Source: Burkholderiales bacterium
GTDB lineage: Bacteria; Pseudomonadota; Gammaproteobacteria; Burkholderiales; SG8-39
Assembly (NCBI GenBank): GCA_035456405.1
Contig: DATIDG010000049.1
Coordinates: 144,835-208,834, forward strand
Direction: 5' to 3'
DNA length: 64,000 nucleotides
Each line of letters starts with the position of its first letter. The stretch's first letter is position 1. The translations under genes were made by a program, and so were the position numbers. Shown piece by piece: positions 1 to 9,513 of this stretch. Under the pieces are notes generated by a model that worked only from the letters and a program-made list of their open reading frames with translations, searched no databases and was not told where the DNA came from.

Positions 1-132
1 GGTGGCTCGTGTGCGGTTGGGCGTGGGTTGCACTGCCGTCGCGAGCCGGGACCCAACAGGCGACGCACCCTGCGGCGCCATGAGCCGCCCCCGGGCCGCC
101 TCGCCTCGGCTGTAGCAAGTCATTGATTCGGC

Positions 133-162
133 TTGCCGGAAGGGTCCGCGCGCCGCTATAAT
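133..162 (+). promoter_or_regulatory. Candidate sigma70 promoter of the rpsF-priB-rpsR-rplI operon
   Basis: TTGCCG at 133-138 and a perfect TATAAT at 157-162, separated by 18 nt and about 80 nt upstream of the rpsF ATG. Sequence inspection only. Confidence 0.5.
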
Positions 163-244
163 GCGCGGCTTTCCGGGCGCAACGCCCGCTTTCCTTGCCT
201 CACCGGTTGCCCATCCCGGGAGGCTTATCCCATAAGGAGTCCGC

Positions 245-631
245 ATGCGGCATTACGAAGTCGTTTTCATCGTCCATCCGGACCAGAGCGAGCAGGTGCC
301 TGCGATGGTCGAGCGCTACCGCAACGCGGTCACAGCGCGCCAGGGCAAGGTGCACCGCCTCGAGGATTGGGGGCGCCGCCAGCTCGCCTTCCCGATCGAG
401 AAGGTCCACAAGGCGCACTACGTCCTGATGAACATCGAGTGCGACAACGAGGCGCTCGCCGAGCTCGAGCACTCTTTCAAGTTCAACGATGCGGTGCTGC
501 GCCACCTCGTCGTCAAGATGAAGGGCCCGGTGACGACGCCTTCGCCGATGATGAAGGAGGAGAAGTCGAAATCCCTGCTTGCCCGGGAGGGCGGCGCGGA
601 AGCCGCCAAGCCGGCCGAGGCGCGGGCCTGA
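245..631 (+). CDS. rpsF: 30S ribosomal protein S6
   Basis: 128-aa ORF starting [18 protein letters not shown], a classic S6 N-terminus. TAAGGAG lies just upstream of the ATG. Confidence 0.97.
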   Translation: MRHYEVVFIVHPDQSEQVPAMVERYRNAVTARQGKVHRLEDWGRRQLAFPIEKVHKAHYVLMNIECDNEALAELEHSFKFNDAVLRHLVVKMKGPVTTPSPMMKEEKSKSLLAREGGAEAAKPAEARA

Positions 632-642
632 CGCGGGCACGA

Positions 643-978
643 TTGGATCCCGGCAACCGGCTGACGCTCGCGGGAACCCTGGTCGCGCGCGATGCGCTCC
701 GATATACCCCGGCGGGCGTGCCCATCGTGAGCTTCCGTGTCGCGCACGCTTCGCAGCAGCGCGAGGCGGGCGCCGAGCGGCAGGTCGAGATGGAGCTGGC
801 CTGCGTGGCGGTGGAGGAGCTCGCAAGGCTCGTCACCGCGGCGCCGCTCGGCGCAGGAGTGGTGACTTCGGGCTTCGTCGCGCGCAAGGGAAAGTCGAGC
901 CGGCAGCTGGTGCTGCACGTAACCGAATTGGAATTCAGAGAAGGAGAACGAGATGCCTCCTCCCAGCAGAGGACGTAG
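643..978 (+). CDS. priB: Primosomal replication protein N (PriB)
   Basis: An in-frame TTG at 643 opens [32 protein letters not shown]...[10 protein letters not shown], an OB-fold PriB-like sequence in the canonical slot between rpsF and rpsR. The start codon is uncertain. The 3' end overlaps rpsR by 26 nt. Confidence 0.8.
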   Translation: MDPGNRLTLAGTLVARDALRYTPAGVPIVSFRVAHASQQREAGAERQVEMELACVAVEELARLVTAAPLGAGVVTSGFVARKGKSSRQLVLHVTELEFREGERDASSQQRT

Positions 979-1270
979 CGGCGGCCGCGGTGGCCGCGGC
1001 GGCAAGAAGGACGCGCGCGGCCGCGAGCGCGGCGGGTCGCGCCAGCTGTTCAAGCGGCGCAAGTTCTGCCGCTTCACCGCCGAGAAGATCACATGGATCG
1101 ATTACAAGGACGTCGATCTCCTCAAGGACTTCATCGGCGAAAACGGCAAGATCATTCCGGCGCGGATCACCGGCACGAAGACCGGGTACCAGCGGCAGCT
1201 TTCCGACGCGATCAAACGGGCGCGCTTCCTTGCGCTCCTGCCGTACACCGATCTTCATGGGGGGCGCTAG
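953..1270 (+). CDS. rpsR: 30S ribosomal protein S18
   Basis: The C-terminal part ([43 protein letters not shown]...ARFLALLPY) is canonical S18. AAGGAG lies 6 nt upstream of the ATG. The N-terminal 30 aa are RGG-rich. Confidence 0.95.
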   Translation: MPPPSRGRSGGRGGRGGKKDARGRERGGSRQLFKRRKFCRFTAEKITWIDYKDVDLLKDFIGENGKIIPARITGTKTGYQRQLSDAIKRARFLALLPYTDLHGGR

Positions 1271-1273
1271 AAC

Positions 1274-1723
1274 ATGCAGGTCATCCTCCTCGAGAAGGTT
1301 GTCAACCTCGGCGGGCTGGGCGACGTCGTCAAGGTGAAGGACGGCTTCGCCCGGAACTTCCTGATCCCGCAGGGCAAGGCCAAGCGCGCGACGCCGGAGA
1401 ACCTGGCCGAGTTCGAGACGCGCCGCGCGGACTTGGAGAAGACGCAGTCCGAGCAGCTCGCCGCGGCGCAGGAGCGCGGCGGGAAGATCGACGGGCTCGC
1501 GGTCCAGATCGTGCGCAAGGCCGGCGTCGATGGCCGGTTGTTCGGCTCCGTCACGACTTACGATATCGCGGAGGCCCTCCAGGGCCTCGGCCACGAGGTC
1601 GAGCGCGCAGCGATCCGGCTGCCGCAAGGACCGCTGAAGGCGATCGGCGACTACGACATCGCGATCGCGCTGCACGGCGATGTCGTCGTGCACGTGAAAG
1701 TCTCGGTCCTCGGTGAAAGCTGA
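1274..1723 (+). CDS. rplI: 50S ribosomal protein L9
   Basis: [36 protein letters not shown] is the canonical L9 N-terminal domain. Length is 149 aa. Confidence 0.97.
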   Translation: MQVILLEKVVNLGGLGDVVKVKDGFARNFLIPQGKAKRATPENLAEFETRRADLEKTQSEQLAAAQERGGKIDGLAVQIVRKAGVDGRLFGSVTTYDIAEALQGLGHEVERAAIRLPQGPLKAIGDYDIAIALHGDVVVHVKVSVLGES

Positions 1724-1727
1724 GGAA

Positions 1728-1784
1728 CGGGCTCCGCCCGTAGGGGCTCACCGGGGGGCGCAAGAGCGCCCCCCGTTCGTTTGG
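1728..1784 (+). terminator. Tandem hairpins between rplI and dnaB (terminator or attenuator)
   Basis: ACGGGC-TCC-GCCCGT (1728-1742) and GGGGGGCGC-AAGA-GCGCCCCCC (1753-1774), followed by GTTCGTTTGG. Confidence 0.5.
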
Positions 1785-1803
1785 AGCGGTAGAATCGAAG
1801 GTC

Positions 1804-3207
1804 ATGGCGCAGCCCGTCACCCAGAGCCCGATCCAGAGCTCGGCCGATCCCCAGCTCGTCAGCCTCAAGGTCCCGCCGCACTCGATCGAAGCGGAGCAGT
1901 CGGTCCTCGGCGGGCTGCTCCTCGACAACGGGGCGTGGGACCGCATCGGCGACGTCGTCGCGGTGGACGACTTCTACCGCGACGACCACCGCCGCATCTT
2001 CCGGCACATCGCAATGCTCGTCGAGCAGGGCAAGCCGGCGGACGTGGTCACCGTCGCCGAGTCGATCGAGTCGGGCGAGGACAGGGACAAGGCCGGCGGG
2101 CTCGCCTATCTCGGGAACCTGGCGCAGAACACGCCGTCAGCGCACAACATCCGGCGCTATGCGGAGATCGTGCGCGAGCGCGCGATCATGCGGAAACTGG
2201 TGGCGGTCGGCAACGAGATCGCGGACAGCGCGTTCAACCCGGCCGGCAAGGAGGTCGGGCAGCTGCTCGACGAGGCCGAGTCCCGGGTGTTCCAGATCGC
2301 GGAGGCGCGCGCCCGCACCGGCGGCGGCTTCCACGACATCCACCAGCTCCTGTCGCAGGTGATGGAGCGGGTCGACTTCCTCTACAGCCGCGACAACCCG
2401 AGCGACGTCACCGGCGTTCCCACGGGCTACCGGGACCTCGACTCGATGACCTCGGGGCTGCAGGAGGGCGACCTCGTGATCATCGCGGGGCGGCCGAGCA
2501 TGGGCAAGACCGCATTCGCGCTGAACATGGGGGAATACGTCGCCGTGCACGAGAAGCGGCCGGTGGCGGTGTTCAGCATGGAGATGTCCGGCACGCAGCT
2601 CGCGGCGCGGATGCTCGGTTCGATCGCGCGCATCGACCAGCACAAGCTGCGCACCGGCCGGCTCTCCGACGAGGACTGGAATCGCCTCGCCGACGGACTC
2701 GGAAAGCTGCACGACGCGCCGATCCACATCGACGAGACGCCGGCGCTCAACCCGCTCGAGCTGCGCGCCCGGGCGCGGCGGCTGGCGCGGCAGTACGGCA
2801 AGCTCGGGATGATCGTCGTGGACTACCTGCAGCTGATGGTCACCGACGGCCGGCGCGACGAGAACCGGGCGACCGAGCTGTCAGAAATCTCGCGCTCGCT
2901 CAAGGCGCTCGCGAAGGAGCTCGGGGTGCCGGTGCTCGCGCTCTCGCAGCTCAACCGCAGCGTCGAGAGCCGCAACGACAAGCGCCCGATGATGTCGGAC
3001 CTACGCGAGTCGGGCGCGCTTGAGCAGGACGCGGACGTGATCCTGTTCATCTACCGGGACGAGGTCTACAACCGCGACACCGGTGAAAAGGGCAAGGCCG
3101 AGATCATCATCGGCAAGCAGCGCAACGGTCCGATCGGGACCGTGAACCTCACCTTCCTCGGGCAGTACACGAGATTCGAGAACTACGCCGCACCGAGCGG
3201 GTTCTAG
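1804..3207 (+). CDS. dnaB: Replicative DNA helicase DnaB
   Basis: 467 aa. Walker A GRPSMGKTAF, VVDYLQLM and SQLNRSVESR motifs. The length is typical, so no intein. Confidence 0.97.
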   Translation: MAQPVTQSPIQSSADPQLVSLKVPPHSIEAEQSVLGGLLLDNGAWDRIGDVVAVDDFYRDDHRRIFRHIAMLVEQGKPADVVTVAESIESGEDRDKAGGLAYLGNLAQNTPSAHNIRRYAEIVRERAIMRKLVAVGNEIADSAFNPAGKEVGQLLDEAESRVFQIAEARARTGGGFHDIHQLLSQVMERVDFLYSRDNPSDVTGVPTGYRDLDSMTSGLQEGDLVIIAGRPSMGKTAFALNMGEYVAVHEKRPVAVFSMEMSGTQLAARMLGSIARIDQHKLRTGRLSDEDWNRLADGLGKLHDAPIHIDETPALNPLELRARARRLARQYGKLGMIVVDYLQLMVTDGRRDENRATELSEISRSLKALAKELGVPVLALSQLNRSVESRNDKRPMMSDLRESGALEQDADVILFIYRDEVYNRDTGEKGKAEIIIGKQRNGPIGTVNLTFLGQYTRFENYAAPSGF

Positions 3208-3388
3208 GTTTCCTGGCGCGGCCCGAGACCTCGCCGGCCGGTGGCGCGACAAGTGAGCGTGACTTGCTTGTCATCCGCGGTCCCAAAGTGCGTAAGACGG
3301 TCATAGTGCCTCTCGTCACCGTCGATCACCGCATCCCACCGTAGGCAAATCAGCATGGGAGAGATGCGACGTCGCGTAAAATGCGCCC

Positions 3389-4198
3389 ATGCGCCGTCCG
3401 ACGTTGCGCTGGCTCCTCGTTGCGCTGCTCGCCGCACACGCAACGGCGCTCGCCCAGATGCCGGCGAGCGTCTTCCTCGAGGAGCTGACTTCCCGGGAAC
3501 TCGCCGCCGTTATACGTGCTGGCAAGACTACTATCCTGGTGCCAATCGGCGGCACCGAGCAGAATGGGCCGCACATGGTGCTCGGCAAGCACAACGTGCG
3601 CGCGAAGGTGCTGGCCGGCAAGATTGCGCGTGAGCTCGGCAACGCGCTGGTCGCCCCCGTCGTTGCCTACGTGCCCGAGGGCAGCGTCAATCCCCCGACC
3701 GGGCACATGCGTTACCCGGGAACGATCACGGTGCCGCCGGACGTGTACCGCAAGGTGCTCGATTCCGCCGCGCGCAGCTTCCGGCTCGCCGGATTCCGCG
3801 ACATCGTGTTTCTGGGCGATCACGGCGACTATCAGAAGGACAACGAGATCGTGGCCCGCCAACTCGATCGCGAATGGGCGGGCACCCCAGTCCACGTGTA
3901 CGCCATCGTCGAGTATTACCGGGCGGCAACCGATGGCTTTGCCAAGAACCTCAAGGCGCGCGGCTACAGCGATGCCGAGATCGGCCTTCATGCCGGGCTC
4001 GCGGACACGTCGCTCGCGTTGGCGGTCGACCCGGGACTCGTGCGACCGGAACAGCTGCAGTCCACGCCCGGGACGTGGGCCCCGACCGGCGTTTCGGGTG
4101 ATCCCCGGCGCGCCACCGCCGAGCTCGGCAAGCCGGGCGTCGATGCGATCGTGACCCAATCCGTGGCGGCCATCCGCGCAGCGGTCGCCCGAAGGTAG
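3389..4198 (+). CDS. Creatininase-family amidohydrolase with an N-terminal signal peptide
   Basis: MRRPTLRWLLVALLAAHATALAQ is a signal-like N-terminus. It is followed by ILVPIGGTEQNGPHMVLGKHN and FLGDHGDY, which resemble the creatininase/MftE-family core. Confidence 0.85.
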   Translation: MRRPTLRWLLVALLAAHATALAQMPASVFLEELTSRELAAVIRAGKTTILVPIGGTEQNGPHMVLGKHNVRAKVLAGKIARELGNALVAPVVAYVPEGSVNPPTGHMRYPGTITVPPDVYRKVLDSAARSFRLAGFRDIVFLGDHGDYQKDNEIVARQLDREWAGTPVHVYAIVEYYRAATDGFAKNLKARGYSDAEIGLHAGLADTSLALAVDPGLVRPEQLQSTPGTWAPTGVSGDPRRATAELGKPGVDAIVTQSVAAIRAAVARR

Positions 4199-4253
4199 GT
4201 CCCATGCCGCCAAGAATTTCCGGCAGTCCCGTCCTACAACTTCAGGAGCCGTC

Positions 4254-5516
4254 GTGACGTTCGTCGCTCGCACTCGTTACTTGCCGTTCGCGTTCCCGCT
4301 TGCCTTTGCCTTGTCGACGACTTGCGTCGCGCAGACCCCTGCGAAAGCGCTGGCTGAAGCGCCCGTTCCGCCGGCCATATCCACCGTGCCCGGAATGGCG
4401 TCGGTGCCCGATCCGGCGAATTTGTACAGCGAGACAACCGCCGCCAAGATGAGTCCCGCGCTCGCCAACGACCTGCCGCGTGTCTACGTGCCGCACATCC
4501 AGTCGAACGACATCTACGTGATCGACCCGGCAACGTTCAAGGTCGTCGAAAAATTCAGGGTGGGCCTCAATCCGCAGCACGTCGTGCCGTCGTGGGACCT
4601 GCGCACGCTGTGGGTGACGAACAACGCCGAGAACACGACCAAAGGCAGCCTGACGCCAATCGACCCAAAGACCGGCAAGCCAGGCAAGCCGATCGCAGTT
4701 GACGATCCGTACAACATGTACTTCTCGCCCGACGGCAAGTCCGCGATCGTCGTTGCCGAAGCGATGAAGCGACTCGACTTCCGCGATCCGGTGACGATGA
4801 AGCTGCAGTACTCGATCGACGTTCCGCGTTGCGCCGGCATCAACCACGCCGACTTCGCGATCGACGGCAAGTTCGCGATCTTCACGTGCGAATTTGCCGG
4901 CACCGTGGCCAAGGTCGACCTTGTGAACCGCAAGGTGCTGGGCTACACGCAGGTGATCCAGCCCGGCCGCCCCACAAAGGTCGTCAAGGGACCCGACGGC
5001 AAGGACCAGGTGATCTGCACGACCTGGAAAGGCATGCCACAGGACATCCGGGCGTCGCCGGACGGCAAGCTCTTCTACGTCGCCGATATGATGGCCGACG
5101 GCGTGCACGTGGTCGACGGCGAGACGTTCCGCCAGGTTGGCTTCATCGAAACCGCCAAAGGCACGCACGGCCTCTATCCCAGTCGCGACGGGAAGAAGCT
5201 GTATGTCGCCAATCGCGGCTCGAACAAGATCCACGGCCCGCCTAAGGGCAAGGGCGGTGTATCGGTGATCGACTTCGCGACCCAGAAAGTCGAGGCGAAC
5301 TGGCTGATCCCGGGCGGCGGCAGCCCCGACATGGGCAACGTCAGTGCCGACGGCAAGTGGCTGTGGCTATCGGGCCGCTACGACAATGTCGTGTACGCGT
5401 TCGACACGAGCAATGGTGAAGTGAAGATCATTCCGGTGGGCAAGGAGCCGCATGGGCTCACCGTGTGGCCGCAACCGGGCCGGTACTCGCTGGGTCACAC
5501 GGGCAATCTAAGGTAG
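4254..5516 (+). CDS. Secreted YVTN/YncE-type beta-propeller repeat protein
   Basis: GTG start with CAGGAG 5 nt upstream and a signal peptide (FAFPLAFALSTTCVAQ). Repeated motifs of the type YV.D....V.VID (IYVIDPATFKVV, LYVANRGSNKI, VSVIDFATQKV). Confidence 0.85.
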   Translation: MTFVARTRYLPFAFPLAFALSTTCVAQTPAKALAEAPVPPAISTVPGMASVPDPANLYSETTAAKMSPALANDLPRVYVPHIQSNDIYVIDPATFKVVEKFRVGLNPQHVVPSWDLRTLWVTNNAENTTKGSLTPIDPKTGKPGKPIAVDDPYNMYFSPDGKSAIVVAEAMKRLDFRDPVTMKLQYSIDVPRCAGINHADFAIDGKFAIFTCEFAGTVAKVDLVNRKVLGYTQVIQPGRPTKVVKGPDGKDQVICTTWKGMPQDIRASPDGKLFYVADMMADGVHVVDGETFRQVGFIETAKGTHGLYPSRDGKKLYVANRGSNKIHGPPKGKGGVSVIDFATQKVEANWLIPGGGSPDMGNVSADGKWLWLSGRYDNVVYAFDTSNGEVKIIPVGKEPHGLTVWPQPGRYSLGHTGNLR

Positions 5517-5526
5517 CGTGAAAGAG

Positions 5527-5556
5527 TTGCCGCGGCCGACTTGGCCGGGCCGGCAA
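5527..5556. terminator. GC-rich hairpin in the convergent gap after the propeller gene
   Basis: TTGCCG...CGGCAA arms enclose a further imperfect GGCC-rich stem. No clear T-tract. Confidence 0.35.
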
Positions 5557-5670
5557 TCGGTCCCCGGTTAGTCAGCAGGAAGGCGCCGACCGGGTGGGCC
5601 CAGCAGTGGCTCGGTCCCGGGCGCCTCTGGGCCGCCCTTGCGCCCGTCCGAACCTAGCTAGCCGCGCCCA

Positions 5671-7146
5671 TCAAAGCACGTCTGCCGCCTGGTCGGCGAG
5701 ACGCGAGCGTTCGCCGCGCTGCAGCGTCACGTGCCCCGAGTGCGACCATCCCTTGAAGCGGTCCACGACGTAGGTCAGGCCGGAGCTGCCCTCGGTCAGG
5801 TATGGCGTGTCGATCTGCGCGATGTTCCCTAGGCACACGACCTTCGTGCCGGGCCCGGCGCGCGTGATCAGCGTCTTCATCTGCTTCGGCGTCAGGTTCT
5901 GCGCCTCGTCGATGATCAGGTACTTGTGGATGAAAGTGCGCCCGCGCATGAAGTTGAGCGACTTCACCTTGATCCGCGAGCGGATCAGGTCGCGCGTCGC
6001 CGCGCGCCCCCACTCGCCGGCTTCGTCGTCGGTGTTGTTGAGGACATCGAGGTTGTCCTCGAGCGCGCCCATCCACGGCCCCATCTTCTCCTCCTCGGTG
6101 CCGGGCAGGAAGCCGATGTCCTCGCCGAGGGGCACCGTGACGCGGGTCATGATGATCTCGCTGTAGTGCTTCACCTCCAGCGTCTGCATCAGCCCCGAGG
6201 CCAGGGTGAGCAGCGTCTTTCCGGTGCCGGCCTGCCCGAGCAGCGTGACGAAGTCGATGTCCGGGTTCATGAGCAGGTTCAGGGCGAAGTTCTGCTCGCG
6301 GTTGCGCGCGGTGATGCCCCACACCGCGTTCTTCCCGTGCGTGTACTCGCGCACGGTCTCGAGCACGGCGGTGCGGCCGTGCACTTCCTTCACCAGGGCG
6401 TGCAGCGGACGTTCGCCTTCCTGGTACACGAATTCGTTGAGCAGGAGCTCCTGGCACATCGGTCCGCGCACGCGGTAGTAGGTCCGGCCGTCCTTCTTCC
6501 AGGACTCGATGTCCTTGCCGTGCTCGTCCCAGAAGTCCGCGGGCAGCTCGCGTGCCCCCGTGTAGAGGACATCGGTGTCCTCGAGCACCTTGTCGTTGTA
6601 GTAGTCCTCCGCGGCGAGCCCCAGCGCATGCGCCTTGATGCGCATGTTGATGTCCTTCGATACCAGGATCACGTCGCGGCCGGCCTGGCGCTCCGCCAGC
6701 GCCATCACGACCCCGAGGATCTGGTTGTCGGCCCTCCCGGTCGCAAGACTCGTCGGCAGGCGGCCGCTCATCACTTCGGTCTGCAAGAAGAGACGCCCGC
6801 TCGCGGTGTCGGTGTCGTGCCGCGCGATGGGGATCCCGGCCTCGATCTTGCCCGTCGCCCGGCTGACGATATCGTCGAGGAAGCGGCTCGCCTGGCGGGC
6901 GTTGCGCGCGACCTCGGAGAGCCCGCGCTTGTTGTTGTCGAGTTCCTCGAGCGTCTGCATCGGCAGGAAAATGTCGTGCTCCTCGAACCGGAAGAGGCTC
7001 GTGGGGTCGTGCATCAGAACGTTAGTGTCGAGGACGAAGAGCTTGGGCGTGGCGGGCCGCGCCTTCTCGCGCGGTTTCCTGGCAGGCGCCGCTCGCGCGC
7101 CGTGGACGGCATCGGGGCGAAGGTGCGGCTCAGAGTGTCTTGACAA
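5671..7146 (-). CDS. PIN-domain plus PhoH-like ATPase (YlaK-type)
   Basis: The N-terminal FVLDTNVLMHDP is PIN-like. The C-terminal PhoH domain has Walker A GQAGTGKT. The only in-frame start is TTG at 7146, which overlaps the bcp 3' end by 17 nt. Confidence 0.9.
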   Translation of the reverse strand: MSRHSEPHLRPDAVHGARAAPARKPREKARPATPKLFVLDTNVLMHDPTSLFRFEEHDIFLPMQTLEELDNNKRGLSEVARNARQASRFLDDIVSRATGKIEAGIPIARHDTDTASGRLFLQTEVMSGRLPTSLATGRADNQILGVVMALAERQAGRDVILVSKDINMRIKAHALGLAAEDYYNDKVLEDTDVLYTGARELPADFWDEHGKDIESWKKDGRTYYRVRGPMCQELLLNEFVYQEGERPLHALVKEVHGRTAVLETVREYTHGKNAVWGITARNREQNFALNLLMNPDIDFVTLLGQAGTGKTLLTLASGLMQTLEVKHYSEIIMTRVTVPLGEDIGFLPGTEEEKMGPWMGALEDNLDVLNNTDDEAGEWGRAATRDLIRSRIKVKSLNFMRGRTFIHKYLIIDEAQNLTPKQMKTLITRAGPGTKVVCLGNIAQIDTPYLTEGSSGLTYVVDRFKGWSHSGHVTLQRGERSRLADQAADVL

Positions 7147-7585
7147 AGTCGAGTACCTCCTTGGCGTGTCCGGGAACCTTCACGCCGCGCCACTCGCGGC
7201 GGATCGCGCGCTGCGCGTCGAGCACGAAAGTCGAGCGCTCGATGCCGCGCACCTGCTTGCCGTACATGTTCTTCATCTTGATGACGCCGAACTGCTGGCA
7301 GGCCCTCTCGTCCTCATCCGAGAGCAGCTCGAACGGGAAGCCCATCTTCGCCTTGAAGTTCTCGTGGGATTTCAGACTGTCGCGCGAGATGCCGTAGATC
7401 TCCGCACCCGCCTTACGGAACTCCTTGTGCAGGGCGGCGAACTGCTGGCCTTCGGTGGTGCAGCCGGGCGTGTTGTCCTTCGGGTAGAAGTAGAAGACAA
7501 GGAGGCCGGCTTTCGCCTTCGCGAGATCGAACGTTCCGCCTCCCGTCGCGGGAAGCGAGAAATGCTCTACAGCGTGACCGGGCAT
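7130..7585 (-). CDS. bcp: Thioredoxin-dependent thiol peroxidase (Bcp-type peroxiredoxin)
   Basis: 151 aa with FYFYPKDNTPGCTTE, the peroxiredoxin active-site motif. Confidence 0.93.
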   Translation of the reverse strand: MPGHAVEHFSLPATGGGTFDLAKAKAGLLVFYFYPKDNTPGCTTEGQQFAALHKEFRKAGAEIYGISRDSLKSHENFKAKMGFPFELLSDEDERACQQFGVIKMKNMYGKQVRGIERSTFVLDAQRAIRREWRGVKVPGHAKEVLDFVKTL

Positions 7586-7673
7586 CTATCTTATGACGGT
7601 GGCGCGGAGCGCCACGGCGTTCATTGTCGGGGCATTCCGCGCGCGGCGCAAGCGCGCGGCCCGAACGGCTTCA

Positions 7674-8474
7674 TCAAGCGAGGAACTGCGCGCCCTGCAG
7701 GGCAAACCTCCTCGACCGGCCGGGAAGCTCGCTCCACGCGACGACGTGTCGCGGCAGGCGGGCGGGCTCCAGCGACTCGAGCACGGTGCGGAGCGCGACG
7801 ATCTCGCAGCCGCGGGCGCGCCAGCCTTCGAGCAGCCGCTCGAAGGCCGCAGCGAGGGCCCCGCCGGCGCTCTCGGCGCGCAGGGTGAAGACGTCGTCCG
7901 CCTCGCCGCCGGCGGCAGTCGCCTCGAGCACCCGCTCGTGCGCGGTGTCCGCGCGCTCCATCAGCTCGTCGAGCGTCGGGAGCGTGGTCGGGAGCTGCGG
8001 GCAGAGCACAAGCTCGCCCTCGCACACCGGCATGAAAGGGCGGATGCCGCGCGTGTCGGAAGCGTACTCGAGCCCGAACCGCTGCGTAAGGCGCAGCGCG
8101 TGGCGGCTTGTGTGCCATTCGGGCGCGGCGTGCGTGCGCGGCGGCTCGCCGGCCAAGCGTTCGAAGGTCTGGCACGCGCGACCCAGCGCGGATTCGACCC
8201 ATCGGGCATCGCCCGGCGCCACGCGGTGCGGCCAGCGCACCGTATCCCAGCCATACAGGCCGAGCTCGCAGCCGGCATCCCGCACGGCCTGCATGGCAGC
8301 CGACGCGCGTGACGCAATCGCCCGTCCCGGAAGGAGCCGGTGCAGGCGGTCGGGACCGAGGTTGAAGTAGAACGTGGCCGCGGCGCCGTGGCGCACGAGG
8401 ATCTCCACGATGCGCGGCACCGCGCGCACCGCCCCGCGTGCCGTCGCGACCGTGATGCGGAGTCCGACTCTCAC
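7674..8474 (-). CDS. ArnD-like polysaccharide deacetylase (4-deoxy-4-formamido-L-arabinose-lipid deformylase family)
   Basis: VRVGLRITVATARGAVRAVPRIVEIL...FYFNLGPD parallels the E. coli ArnD N-terminus as I recall it. The GTG at 8474 was chosen on that basis. The ORF track extends to 8582 through Arg/Gly-rich sequence that looks non-coding. Confidence 0.8.
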   Translation of the reverse strand: MRVGLRITVATARGAVRAVPRIVEILVRHGAAATFYFNLGPDRLHRLLPGRAIASRASAAMQAVRDAGCELGLYGWDTVRWPHRVAPGDARWVESALGRACQTFERLAGEPPRTHAAPEWHTSRHALRLTQRFGLEYASDTRGIRPFMPVCEGELVLCPQLPTTLPTLDELMERADTAHERVLEATAAGGEADDVFTLRAESAGGALAAAFERLLEGWRARGCEIVALRTVLESLEPARLPRHVVAWSELPGRSRRFALQGAQFLA

Positions 8475-8604
8475 CGTCGAGTCGACGCGGGAGGGGCCAC
8501 GACCGCGCTTGGATCCCCGGCGCCCATCATGCCAATCGCCTTCCTTCGAGGCGAGACGCCGCGCCCGTGCCCGGCCAGCCAAGTGACCATGTCGGTCTGC
8601 GTGG

Positions 8605-8976
8605 CTAGCTGCGCGCGACGATGAATACGCCGAGGATGATGATGCCGATGCCCACGAGCCGCGTGGCCGTCACCGCCTCGCCGAAGAGGTAGTACGCGGC
8701 GATCGCGTTCACCACATAACCGATCGAGAGCATCGGGTAGGCGATGCTCACCTCGACGCGCGATAGCGCGAGGATCCACACCATTACACTGATCACGTAG
8801 CACGCGATGCCGCCGAGGATGTGCGGCTCGAAGGCGAGCTTGAGGCCCACCGGCAGCGCATTGGCGGCGGCGAACTCGAACTGACCCACCGCATTGGTGC
8901 CAGCCTTGAGCAGGAGCTGCGCCGCGGCGTTGAGCAGCACGCCGGCGAGAATCAGCGCGAAGCTGAGAGCAGTCAT
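8605..8976 (-). CDS. ArnE/ArnF-like small (SMR/DMT-type) membrane protein
   Basis: 123 aa and about four hydrophobic helices. VSIAYPMLSIGYVVNAIAAYYLFGE resembles the ArnE motif VGIAYPMLSLNF. Confidence 0.75.
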   Translation of the reverse strand: MTALSFALILAGVLLNAAAQLLLKAGTNAVGQFEFAAANALPVGLKLAFEPHILGGIACYVISVMVWILALSRVEVSIAYPMLSIGYVVNAIAAYYLFGEAVTATRLVGIGIIILGVFIVARS

Positions 8977-9027
8977 GGGACGTCGTGCCTCCGGAGGAAC
9001 GCGCGGCCGCGCGCCGTGAGGCCGCGG

Positions 9028-9441
9028 TCACGCCAGGAGCAGCGCGGCGGCGACGTTGCGCGCCTCCGCTGCGAGGATGTTGTACGTGCGACAGGCGGCC
9101 TGCACATCCATCACCTCTAGACCGACGCGCGCCTCGACGAGGGCGCGGGTGATCTCGGGGCGGGGGAAGCGCAGACGCGCGCCGGTGCCGAGCAGGACAA
9201 TCTCGGGCGCGAACTCGATGAGGGGCGTGAAGTGCTCGGGCGCAAGGGCATCGAAGCACTCGGCGCCCCAGTCGGCCACGATTCGATCGGGCAGCACGAT
9301 CAGGCTGCGCTCGAAGCGCTTACCGTCGACGGCCACGTAGCCGGCGCCGTAGCCGGTGAAGATGTGCGCCGTGCCGGGCGTGGAAAGATGCAGCTTCAAG
9401 GAAAAACTCGAATTGCGGTAAGGAGTTAGAGCAGGTAGCAT
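9028..9441 (-). CDS. Mth938/DUF498 (NDUFAF3-like) domain protein
   Basis: The 137-aa C-terminal part of the 9028..10314 track starts at the ATG at 9441. [26 protein letters not shown]...EIVLLGTG...[17 protein letters not shown] is typical of the family. Confidence 0.8.
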   Translation of the reverse strand: MLPALTPYRNSSFSLKLHLSTPGTAHIFTGYGAGYVAVDGKRFERSLIVLPDRIVADWGAECFDALAPEHFTPLIEFAPEIVLLGTGARLRFPRPEITRALVEARVGLEVMDVQAACRTYNILAAEARNVAAALLLA

Positions 9442-9513
9442 TATATCTTGCTGCGACGCATGGGCCGGGCATGGCCGGTGCGGCGAGGCCGAACGAACCC
9501 CGGACCGCGACTC

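Noticed and set aside
1-115. Possible gene fragment at the left edge (an ATG at 81 reading leftwards on the minus strand, or a plus-strand tail ending near 121)
   Set aside because: Fewer than 30 codons are visible, third-position bias is mixed and no motif is present. It cannot be supported.
133-978. 281-aa ORF overlapping rpsF
   Set aside because: Only its last 111 codons (from the TTG at 643) match PriB. The upstream part overlaps rpsF out of frame and has no coding features.
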